From the NCBI GenBank assembly GCA_031459385.1, contig JAVKIP010000008.1, positions 64,001-128,000 on the forward strand: DNA of 64,000 nt, written 5' to 3'. The stretch comes from Candidatus Fervidifonticultor secundus. GTDB lineage: Bacteria; Sysuimicrobiota; Sysuimicrobiia; Sysuimicrobiales; Humicultoraceae. Shown here in pieces: positions 10,441-18,734 of the stretch (position 1 is the first letter of the stretch; each line of letters starts with the position of its first letter). The translations under genes were made by a program, and so were the position numbers. The notes beneath the pieces were generated by a model. That model searched no databases, had not been told where the DNA came from, and worked only from the letters and a program-made list of their open reading frames with translations.

Positions 10441-11426
10441 GCGCGCCGGCGATCCTTCGCGCGGGCCACGCGGCGTTCCGCACGACCGATCTGGGCCGCG
10501 CGCGGGCGTTCTACGTCGACCTGCTGGGGTTCGTCGAGACCGCGCGCGAGCGCGAGGCGCTCTACCTGCGCGGCTACGAGGAGACCGAGCACCACAGCCT
10601 GGTCCTGCAGCGAGCCGCGACGCCGGGCGCCTCGCACCTGGCGTTCAAAGTGGCGTCCCCGGAGGATCTCGAGCGGCTGTACGTCCTGTGCCGCGACGCT
10701 GGCCTGCCGCACCGGTGGGTCGCAGACGACGAGGAACCCGGGCAGGGGCGGGCGCTGCGGGTCCAGGACCCGGGAGGCCTGCCCGTGGAGTTCTACGCGT
10801 CCATGACGCGCACCGAGCGCCTGCTGCAGCGCTTCGACCTGTACCGCGGCGCCCGTGTGATGCGCCTCGATCACTTCAACTGCCAGGTGCCCGACGTCGC
10901 GGGCCTGTCGCGCTGGTACATGGAGACCTGGGGCTTCCGCTGCTCGGAGTACACCGAGACCGACGAGACGCCCCCGCGCCTGTGGGCGGTCTGGCTCCAC
11001 CGGAAGCACAACGTCCACGATATGGCGCTGATGACCGGCGCCGGTCCACGGGTGCACCACGCCGGCTTCTGGATGGCGGAGGCGCTGGACGTGATCCGCG
11101 CGTGCGACCTGCTGGCGGGCGCCGGATGGCAGGAGGCGATCGAGCGCGGCCCCGGCCGCCACGGGATCTCCAATGCGTTCTTCCTCTACCTCCGTGACCC
11201 CGACGGCAATCGGATCGAGCTGTACACCGGCGACTACCTCACCACCGATCCGGACCGGCCTCCGCTGCGCTGGAGCCTGAACGATCCCCGGCGGGCCACG
11301 TTCTGGGGCCACGCGCCCCCGCGGTCGTGGTTCGACGAGGCGTCGCCGGTCGAGTCGGTTGCCACGGGCGCGCTGCTGCCCGTGCGGGTGCCGGCGATGC
11401 AGGACCGGCCCGAGTTCGTTACGTAG
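10437..11426 (+). CDS. hpaD: 3,4-dihydroxyphenylacetate 2,3-dioxygenase (VOC extradiol)
   Basis: RLDHFN, VHHAGF, IERGPGRHGISNAFFLYLRDPDGNRIELY. Confidence 0.92.
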   Translation: MSAPAILRAGHAAFRTTDLGRARAFYVDLLGFVETAREREALYLRGYEETEHHSLVLQRAATPGASHLAFKVASPEDLERLYVLCRDAGLPHRWVADDEEPGQGRALRVQDPGGLPVEFYASMTRTERLLQRFDLYRGARVMRLDHFNCQVPDVAGLSRWYMETWGFRCSEYTETDETPPRLWAVWLHRKHNVHDMALMTGAGPRVHHAGFWMAEALDVIRACDLLAGAGWQEAIERGPGRHGISNAFFLYLRDPDGNRIELYTGDYLTTDPDRPPLRWSLNDPRRATFWGHAPPRSWFDEASPVESVATGALLPVRVPAMQDRPEFVT

Positions 11427-11526
11427 GGTTGCCCGCGCGCTCGACCGGCGGCTCCCGGGGAAACGGGCACGGCGCAGGCGTCGACCCGGACGTGCGGGCG
11501 ATGGCGCGGTGCTGGAGGGGATGCCC

Positions 11527-13878
11527 CTACCTGGCCTCGGTCGCCCTCACTGCCCGGCGCGGTCGTTCCGCGTCCTGGAGGATCGTGCTGCGTCGGCTCA
11601 GGACCACCGCGCCGACGACGAGCGCGAGCGCGACGACGACCACGGCAAGACGCGCGAGACCGGGGAGGGGACGGATGACGACCGGCGCGATGAGGATTGC
11701 CACCAGGTTCATGACCTTGATCATCGGGTTCAGCGCCGGGCCTGCCGTGTCTTTGAGTGGATCTCCGACAGTATCCCCGATGACCCCGGCCTTGTGGGCA
11801 TCACTGCCCTTGCCCCCCAGGTAGCCATCCTCGATCTTCTTCTTGGCGTTATCCCAGGCGCCGCCGGTATTGGCCATGAAGACGGCCAGCAGCTGTGCGG
11901 TGAGGATGGCCCCGGCCAGGTAGGCCCCCAGGGCGCCGGCACCCAGGCCGAAGCCGACGAAGATGGGTACGCCGATCGCGATGATCCCGGGACCGAGTAA
12001 CTCCCGCTGGGCCGCCCGGGTCACGATGTCCACGCTGCGGGAGTAGTCCGGGCGCGCCTTCCCCTCCAGCAGCCCGGGGATCTCCCGGAACTGCCGGCGT
12101 ACCTCCTCCACGACCAGGAACGCGGACCGGCCGACGGCCCGGATGAGGAACGCGGAGACGAGGAACGGCACGGCGCCGCCGATCAGCAGGCCGATGAAGA
12201 CCAGCGGCAGGTTCACCTGGATGCCGACGTGGGACAGCAGGTCCCCGGCGCGATCGGCGCTGGCCGCTTGCAGCTCCTGCACCGTGACGAAGAGGCGCGC
12301 TTCGTCGATGAACGACCGAAACAGCGCGATCGCGGCGACCACCGCGGTGGCGATCGCGAACCCCTTGGTGAGCGCCTTGGTCGTGTTGCCGATCTGGTCC
12401 AGCCGCGCCACGATGCGGCCGGCCAGTGAGCCGCCCCGCTCGACGCCCGACATCTCGAAGATGCCGTTGGCGTTGTCCACGATCGGGCCGAAGGTGTCTT
12501 CTGCCAGGATGAACCCTGTCGTCGTGAGCAAGCCGAGGCCGGCCAGCGCGACGCCATAGGCCGCCAGCGCCACGCTGCCGCCGAAGATCGTGAACGACGC
12601 CACCAGCGTGACGGCGATGGCCAGGATGGCCCACACGGTGCTCTCCAGCCCGGCGCCCAACCCGGTGAGCAGCATCGTCGCTGGTCCGGTCTTGGTCGAG
12701 TAGGCGATCTCCGTCACCGGGCCGCGATCCGGATGGGTGAACAGCTCCGTCAACCAGCCGATGCCCAGGGCGAGGAGGATGCCGGTCAGCGTGGCGAGGA
12801 AGAAGCGGAAGTCCGGCATGCCGGTCTGGGGGTCCTTCAGGTAGAAGACGTTCACCAGCCCGAAGCCGGCCACGGAGAGGCCCGCCGCCGTCCAGAAGCC
12901 GACGTTGATGGGCCGCATCGGGTCACCGAGTTCCTCATCCCGGGCGCGCACCACCCAGGTCCCGATGAGCGAGCCGAAGACCCCGATGGCGCGCACCAGC
13001 AGCGGGTAGATGATCAGCTTCAGGGCGAAGCCGCCGGCGGCGGCGATTCCCCCATAGCGGGCGACGAAGGCCGGGTCGAGCAGCGTGGCGGCGCCGAGGA
13101 TGATCGCCGCCACCAGCGTCACCTCGTAGCTCTCGAAGACATCGGCGGCCATGCCGGCGCAGTCGCCGACGTTGTCGCCCACGTTGTCCGCGATGACGGC
13201 GGCGTTGCGCGGGTCGTCTTCGGGAATTCCGACCTCCACCTTGCCCACCAGGTCGGCGCCGACGTCCGCCGCCTTGGTGTAGATACCGCCGCCGACGCGC
13301 ATGAACGCCGCGACGAGCGAGCCGCCGAAGCCGAAACCCACCAGCACGCGCATCGCGTTCTCGCGGAACAGCATGAACATGATCGTCGCTCCCAGCAGGC
13401 CCAGCCCCACGGTGAACATCCCCGAGATCGTGCCCGCCTGGAAGGCGATCTGCAGGGCCTCGCGGTAGCTGCGCCGGGCAGCGTTCGCCACCCGAACGTT
13501 GCCGTGCACGGCCGAGGTCATCCCCACGTACCCGGCCCCGTAGCTGGCGACGCAGCCCAGCAGGAACGCCGCAGCGATACCAAGGGCCAGCTGCGGGCGG
13601 TCAGTGTAGATCGGCCGGTACAGCACGTAGAGTCCCACGGTCACGGCGATGATGAACAGCAGCATCGTCCGCAGCTGTCGGGTGAGGTAGGCCATCGCGC
13701 CTTCCTGGATCGCACTGGCGACTGCGACCATCGACGCCGGACCCGGGTCGCGGCTGAGTACCCGTCGCCGCAGGTACCAGCCGTATCCCAGCGCGAGGAT
13801 ACTGCTGGCCAGCACCAGCCAGAGCAGGAGCGTTTCCTGGGCGCCAAACTCAGGGAGTGTGATCGTCGCCTCGCTCAT
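11527..13878 (-). CDS. hppA: Membrane-bound ion-translocating pyrophosphatase, predicted K+-independent H+ pump
   Basis: GGGIYTKAADVGADLVGKVE, EDDPRN, DNVGDNVGD, GNTTKA, GDTVGDPLKDTAGP; RBS GGAGG before ATG. Confidence 0.95.
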   Translation of the reverse strand: MSEATITLPEFGAQETLLLWLVLASSILALGYGWYLRRRVLSRDPGPASMVAVASAIQEGAMAYLTRQLRTMLLFIIAVTVGLYVLYRPIYTDRPQLALGIAAAFLLGCVASYGAGYVGMTSAVHGNVRVANAARRSYREALQIAFQAGTISGMFTVGLGLLGATIMFMLFRENAMRVLVGFGFGGSLVAAFMRVGGGIYTKAADVGADLVGKVEVGIPEDDPRNAAVIADNVGDNVGDCAGMAADVFESYEVTLVAAIILGAATLLDPAFVARYGGIAAAGGFALKLIIYPLLVRAIGVFGSLIGTWVVRARDEELGDPMRPINVGFWTAAGLSVAGFGLVNVFYLKDPQTGMPDFRFFLATLTGILLALGIGWLTELFTHPDRGPVTEIAYSTKTGPATMLLTGLGAGLESTVWAILAIAVTLVASFTIFGGSVALAAYGVALAGLGLLTTTGFILAEDTFGPIVDNANGIFEMSGVERGGSLAGRIVARLDQIGNTTKALTKGFAIATAVVAAIALFRSFIDEARLFVTVQELQAASADRAGDLLSHVGIQVNLPLVFIGLLIGGAVPFLVSAFLIRAVGRSAFLVVEEVRRQFREIPGLLEGKARPDYSRSVDIVTRAAQRELLGPGIIAIGVPIFVGFGLGAGALGAYLAGAILTAQLLAVFMANTGGAWDNAKKKIEDGYLGGKGSDAHKAGVIGDTVGDPLKDTAGPALNPMIKVMNLVAILIAPVVIRPLPGLARLAVVVVALALVVGAVVLSRRSTILQDAERPRRAVRATEAR

Positions 13879-14320
13879 CGTGCCTCCACGCTGTCGCCGG
13901 GGCCGCGCGCCCGACGTGGCCTGCCAGGCATAGGTGCCCCGTGCGGCCCACGGTACCCTGAACCGGCGCACAGGACAAGGGCCAGGCGGCGCCGGGTGCG
14001 CGACATGCCGGAGACCGGGGGCTGGTCAAGACCGCCCCGGCGCTGCCGATCAGGAGCAACGCCGGGAGGGAGCGGGGTGGCCCAGCGGAACACGCGGCAT
14101 CCTGACTGGCGCTGCCGGCAGATCGCGCGCCCGCGCCGAGGTGAAAGGGTCGGGGGCGGGAACCGGATCGACGTCCTCCGGCACACCGTCGGCCCGGAGG
14201 GGACACCCCCGACCCTGACCTGACCGGCCGCATTCTTCATGGAACCCAGCCCATCCCCCTGTGGAACCCGAGGGTTTCCAGCCCTGGTGGGGCGTATTCA
14301 GTAGAAGAAGGAGACGAGAT

Positions 14321-14378
14321 TTCATGATCAATGAAGTTTTCAGAGATAAGGGGAGGAACTTCAGTGCCAGCGCAGAAG
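14321..14378 (+). promoter_or_regulatory. Candidate operator palindrome plus alternative-sigma promoter of the peptide gene
   Basis: TTCAT-N5-ATGAA at 14321-14335; AGGA(14354-57)-N17-GAAG(14375-78); AT-richer patch in a GC-rich window. Confidence 0.45.
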
Positions 14379-14486
14379 AAAGCCGCGACCCCCAGAGGTC
14401 GGACAGCCGCCGCGCCGCAGTCCTGCCGCCACGTCGCGCCATCTGGGGCCAGGGTACTAGGTCGGCAGACGAGGGAGGGGATCGTC

Positions 14487-14672
14487 GTGAGGACGCTCAT
14501 CGCACTGGTAGTGTCCGGGATCGTCCTGCTCGCGGGTGTGGCGGGTCCGGCCGTTCGGGTCGCCGGCCACGGCGACGGTGAGGTGCTGGGCGGTGCGATC
14601 GCCGGCCACGGCGACGGAGAGATCCTGGGCGGCGCGGTCGCCGGCCACGGGGACGGTGAGGTCCTGGGGTAG
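14487..14672 (+). CDS. 61-aa putative secreted propeptide with three tandem cores (candidate RRNPP-type signalling precursor)
   Basis: RBS GAGGGAGGGG at 14471-80, GTG start; MRTLIALVVSGIVLLAGVAGPAVR then VAGHGDGEVLGGA/IAGHGDGEILGGA/VAGHGDGEVLG-stop. Confidence 0.8.
   Translation: MRTLIALVVSGIVLLAGVAGPAVRVAGHGDGEVLGGAIAGHGDGEILGGAVAGHGDGEVLG
14559..14669 (+). repeat. In-frame 39-nt tandem repeat x3 (last copy truncated by stop)
   Basis: Units start at 14559, 14598 and 14637; differences are synonymous or Val/Ile. Confidence 0.95.
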
Positions 14673-14709
14673 GCTGCGTGCCCATCGTTTCCAGGAGGCA
14701 CGGCGGAAT

Positions 14710-16002
14710 GTGACGCTCGGCCAGAAGATCCGTCAGGCGCGCAAGGCGCGCGGCATCACGCAGCGCCAGCTGGCAGGCGGGGATCTGTCGGAGAGCTTCA
14801 TCAGCATGCTGGAGCACGACAAGGTCCGGCCGTCGCTGGAGACGCTGCGCATCCTGGCTGCGCGCCTGGGCACGCCCCTGGCCGAACTGCTTGAGGCCGA
14901 GCCGGCCCCGCCGGCGCGCGTCGTGGCCGCACTCGGGCGAGGCTCGGCCCTCCTGCGACAGCACCAGTTCACGCCCGCCCTCGAGGCGTTCCAGGACGCC
15001 GAGCGCGTTATCGGCCCGGACGCGCCGCTCGAGTATCACTTCCGCATCCAGATCGGCCTCGGGCAGGCCCTGGTGGGCCTGCGGCAGTTCGACCTGGCGC
15101 GTCAGGCCCTCGACCGCGCGCGCCTCCTGGCCGACTCCCTGGGCAGACCCGACCTGACCGCCCGGGTCGCCAGCGCCACCGGGTTCCTCCACTTGCGGCT
15201 GCGCGACTTCTCGGCGGCGCGCGATGCGTTCACGCGGGCGCTGTCGGCGATTCGATCCGTCGGGCCGGTCGACGCCGAGTTCGAGGGGGCGGTGCTGACC
15301 AACCTGGGGCGCACCTATTCCGAACTCGGGCTGCCGGCGCAAGCCCTCGACTGTTTCCAGGCGGCGCTGCAGCGGCTGGAGCCGCTGGGCGACGTGGGCG
15401 CGCTGGGCCTGCTGCACTTCAACCTGGGCGTGGCCCACGAGCGCCAGCGCGCGTTCGAGCAGGCCCGCGCGCACCTGGAACGCGCCGCGGTGCTCTTCGA
15501 AGCCCAGGAGAACCTCCGGCTCCTGGGCACGGTGAAGCGCAGCCTGGGCATCCTGCTCCTCAACCGCGGCCTGCCCGACCAGGGCGCGGAGGTGCTGGCC
15601 CAGAGTCTGGCCGTGGCGGAACGGCTGGCCGACGATGTGGGCCGCGCCCAGACGCTGACCGAGCTGGCGCGCGCATCGCTCATGCGCGGTGACCTGAAGA
15701 CGGCGCAGTCCCGCGCCGAGGAGGCGATCCGCCTGGCGGTGCGGCTCCAGGATCCCGCCGAGGCCGCGCGGGCTGAGGCGGTGATGGCCGTCGTGTGCTG
15801 GCGCGACGGCCGGCTGCCGGAGGCGGCCCGCCGGTTCGAGTACGCGCTCCAGCAGTTCGAGCGGCTGCACCTCGCCGGCGAGGTGGCCCGCACCAGCCGG
15901 GATTACGCGTTCCTGCTGATGGAGCGGGGAGAGGAGGCCGCCGCAGCGCGGCACTTCGCGCGAGCGTTCCGCGCGCAGGAGACGGCGGGCGTGGCGGACT
16001 GA
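14710..16002 (+). CDS. XRE-HTH + TPR transcriptional regulator (RRNPP-like peptide receptor), 430 aa
   Basis: RBS AGGAGG at 14693; LGQKIRQARKARGITQRQLA..SESFISMLE..RPSLETL HTH; TPR repeats such as VLTNLGRTYSELG and LHFNLGVAHERQ. Confidence 0.88.
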   Translation: MTLGQKIRQARKARGITQRQLAGGDLSESFISMLEHDKVRPSLETLRILAARLGTPLAELLEAEPAPPARVVAALGRGSALLRQHQFTPALEAFQDAERVIGPDAPLEYHFRIQIGLGQALVGLRQFDLARQALDRARLLADSLGRPDLTARVASATGFLHLRLRDFSAARDAFTRALSAIRSVGPVDAEFEGAVLTNLGRTYSELGLPAQALDCFQAALQRLEPLGDVGALGLLHFNLGVAHERQRAFEQARAHLERAAVLFEAQENLRLLGTVKRSLGILLLNRGLPDQGAEVLAQSLAVAERLADDVGRAQTLTELARASLMRGDLKTAQSRAEEAIRLAVRLQDPAEAARAEAVMAVVCWRDGRLPEAARRFEYALQQFERLHLAGEVARTSRDYAFLLMERGEEAAAARHFARAFRAQETAGVAD

Positions 16003-16021
16003 CGGCGTCGGACGTCGCGCG

Positions 16022-17257
16022 TTACGCGATGGAGAGCAGCGCGCGGCCGGCCTGCGCGCGGCCGGCACGCGACGCTTCCAGGGCGATCTCGAAGTAGTGG
16101 GCCGCGCGCTCCTGCTCGCTGCGAGCCTGATAGTGGCGGCCCAGCGCATCCGCCGCCTCGGCCAGTTCCAGCGCGCAGTCTTCTGTTCCCAGCCGGGCCA
16201 CCGCGTCCTCCAGCAGGGGCAGCGCGTCGTCGGGTCGGCCCAGCGCGAGCAGCGCACGGCCCACGACCGCGGCCGCCCTGGCCGCTGCCTGGGCATCCCC
16301 GGCCGCCTGGGCCAGCGCGCGGGCGTGCTGCGCCGCCTCCAGCGCCGCCGGGGCGCTCCCGGCTGCGAGCTGCACGCGCCCCAGGTGAATCAGGGCTTCC
16401 ACCTCGGTCCGCCGGTCGCCGGCCTCCTGCGCGGTCACCCGGGCGCGCTCCAGCGCCTCCAGGGCTTCCTTCGTCGCCTCCTGCCCGTACGCGAGGAGGC
16501 CGAAGCCCAGCAGCGCCCGGCCCCGCAGGGCGCCCAGGCCATAGCGCGCGGCCAGGCGCGCCGCGGTCTCCAGCCGGCGACGCGCCTGCCTGACGTCACC
16601 CCGGTGCAGCAGGGCCATCGCGTGCGCGAGCAGCAGGCGCACGACGAGATCCGGCTGGCGGGCGGGACTGCGCAGGCGTCCCAGCGCATCGCGGAACGTC
16701 GCCGCAGCAGAGGCGGCGTCGCCACGGCGCATCGCCAGCAATCCCGCCACAAGGTCGCGCCGCGCGCGGACGCGCGCGCCCAGGCCACCCGCGAACGCAT
16801 CCAGTTCCTGCAGCAACGCGCGCGCCCGCTCCAGCTGGCCGCCATCGATCTCCAGTTCGGCCAGCGCCAGCACCGCGTCGGCCCGCTGCGGCGCCCAGTC
16901 ACCGGTCGCGGCCAGCTCGGCACTCAACTCCAGCGCGCGGCGGGCCAGGGCCACGTCCTGGCGGGCGGCGAGCTCGCGCGCCCACGCCACCAGACCTTCC
17001 AGTGCGGCCAGGTGCTGGTCCCGGGCGTCTCCGGCGATGGCCGAGAGCGAGGTGTGCAGCCGCCTGGTGAGGTACCGGAGCGTATCGAGGGACGGGTCGG
17101 CGAAGCCCCCCTCGAGCTGACTGATGAAACTCTTGGTATAGTCGGGGCCGGCCAGGTCAGACTGCGTCATGCCCAGCTCGCGCCGCCGCTGCCGGATGCG
17201 ACGGCCGATGGGCGCCTCGTCGGGCCGGACGTGTCGGCGCGAAGGATGCCGTCCCAT
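16022..17257 (-). CDS. XRE-HTH + TPR-like transcriptional regulator, 411 aa
   Basis: IGRRIRQRRRELGMTQSDLA..TKSFISQLE..DPSLDTL HTH followed by Ala/Leu-rich helical repeats. Confidence 0.85.
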   Translation of the reverse strand: MGRHPSRRHVRPDEAPIGRRIRQRRRELGMTQSDLAGPDYTKSFISQLEGGFADPSLDTLRYLTRRLHTSLSAIAGDARDQHLAALEGLVAWARELAARQDVALARRALELSAELAATGDWAPQRADAVLALAELEIDGGQLERARALLQELDAFAGGLGARVRARRDLVAGLLAMRRGDAASAAATFRDALGRLRSPARQPDLVVRLLLAHAMALLHRGDVRQARRRLETAARLAARYGLGALRGRALLGFGLLAYGQEATKEALEALERARVTAQEAGDRRTEVEALIHLGRVQLAAGSAPAALEAAQHARALAQAAGDAQAAARAAAVVGRALLALGRPDDALPLLEDAVARLGTEDCALELAEAADALGRHYQARSEQERAAHYFEIALEASRAGRAQAGRALLSIA

Positions 17258-17379
17258 GGCGATCAGGGCCTCAGGTTGATTACACCACAACCGGACGCGC
17301 GGAGGAACCCGCGGTGGGGCGTGGCGCTGCGGCCTCACCGCCCGCACTGGCCACGAGGCCCCACGGGGCCCGCGTCGCC

Positions 17380-17409
17380 TTGACACTGTTGCGGCGCGCC
17401 TGCTATACG
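17380..17409 (+). promoter_or_regulatory. Sigma70-type promoter of hom-thrC-lysC
   Basis: TTGACA(17380-85)-N18-TATACG with extended -10 TGn. Confidence 0.6.
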
Positions 17410-17425
17410 GAGGGCATCATGCGCG

Positions 17426-18730
17426 GTGCGACCGACACCTGTGGCTTCGCCTGACGCCTGCCGCGTGGGCCTGCTCGGGCTTGGCACCGTCGGCAGCGCC
17501 GTGGCGCGCCTGCTGTCGGAGCGTGCCGACGAGCTGGCGCGGCAGGCCGGCGTGCCCATCGTGCTCCACCGCGTGGCGGTGGCGCACCCTGAGCGCGCCC
17601 GCGCCGTCTCGCTCCCGCCCGGGACGCTGGTCGGCGACGCGCGGGCCGTGGTGGCCGATCCCGCGGTGGCCGTGGTGGTCGAGGTGATGGGGGGCATCGA
17701 GCCCGCCCGCTCGTACCTGCTGGAGGCGCTGGCGGGCGGCAAGGCCGTGGTCACCGCCAACAAGCAGCTGATGTCCACGCGCGGCGACGAGCTGCACGCG
17801 GCCGCCGAAGCCGCCGGCGTCGACCTCTGCTTCGAGGCCAGCGTCGCGGGCGGCCTCCCCATCATCAAGACGATCCGCGAGGCGCTGGCAGGGAACCGGA
17901 TCCGCCAGCTGCTGGGAATCATCAATGGCACGACGAACTTCATCCTCACGCGGATGACGCGCGACGGCGTCTCGTTCGGCGAAGCCCTTGCCGACGCGCA
18001 GCAGCGGGGCTTCGCGGAGGCCGACCCGACGGACGACATCGACGGCCACGACGCGGCGGCGAAGCTGGCCATCCTGGCGTCTGTGGCCTTCGGCTGCCGG
18101 GTGACCAGCGCCGACGTCTACCGGGAAGGGATCGGCGAGGTCACCCCGCGCATGATCGCCTACAGCCGAGAGCTCGGCTACGTCGTGAAGCCGCTGGCCA
18201 TCGCGCGCAACGACGGCGGCGCCGTCGAAGTCCGCGTCCATCCTGCGCTCCTGCCGGCACACCACCCGCTGGCCGGCGTGGGCGACGAGGTGAACGCGGT
18301 GCTGATCGAGGCCGATCCGGTTGGCCTGCTCATGCTCGAAGGGCCGGGGGCCGGCGGCGGCCCCACGGCCAGCGCCGTGCTGGGCGACGTGGTGGATGTC
18401 GCGCGCAACCTGCGGGCCGGCGCGGCGGGGCGCCTGGGAGGCATGCCCCGGCGCAGGCTGCCGCTCCGCGAGGTCGCCGACACCGTGCTTCCGTACTGCG
18501 TCGCCATGGAGGTGGCCGACCGTCCGGGAGTCTTCGCGCGCGTCGCGGCCGCGTTCGGCGACGAGCAGGTCAGCATCGCGTCCATCGTGCAGAAGAGCCG
18601 GGGTGTGACCGCCGATGTCGTGTTGGTGACCCACGAGGCGCCGGAGGCCGCCATGCGGCGCGTGATAGGCCGCCTGCGCCAGCTGGACGTCGTGCGGTCG
18701 GTACACGCCGCGCTCCGCATCGCTGCCTAG
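17426..18730 (+). CDS. hom: Homoserine dehydrogenase with C-terminal ACT domain
   Basis: GLLGLGTVG, VVTANK, FEASVAGGLP, GIINGTTNFIL, GFAEADP, GPGAGGGPTASAV. Confidence 0.95.
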   Translation: MRPTPVASPDACRVGLLGLGTVGSAVARLLSERADELARQAGVPIVLHRVAVAHPERARAVSLPPGTLVGDARAVVADPAVAVVVEVMGGIEPARSYLLEALAGGKAVVTANKQLMSTRGDELHAAAEAAGVDLCFEASVAGGLPIIKTIREALAGNRIRQLLGIINGTTNFILTRMTRDGVSFGEALADAQQRGFAEADPTDDIDGHDAAAKLAILASVAFGCRVTSADVYREGIGEVTPRMIAYSRELGYVVKPLAIARNDGGAVEVRVHPALLPAHHPLAGVGDEVNAVLIEADPVGLLMLEGPGAGGGPTASAVLGDVVDVARNLRAGAAGRLGGMPRRRLPLREVADTVLPYCVAMEVADRPGVFARVAAAFGDEQVSIASIVQKSRGVTADVVLVTHEAPEAAMRRVIGRLRQLDVVRSVHAALRIAA

Positions 18731-18734
18731 GGCC

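Noticed and set aside
14331..14486. N-terminal extension of the peptide ORF (113-aa version in the track), and the 14536 start for the regulator
   Set aside because: Better RBSs and domain boundaries place the starts at 14487 and 14710.
14559..14669. 39-nt direct repeats as a mini CRISPR array
   Set aside because: The repeats are contiguous with no spacers, stay in frame, vary at codon third positions, and no cas genes are present.
14237..14701. Minus-strand 154-aa ORF with SPSPWPA repeats
   Set aside because: It is the antisense shadow of the peptide gene; the RBS and signal-like N-terminus support the plus strand.
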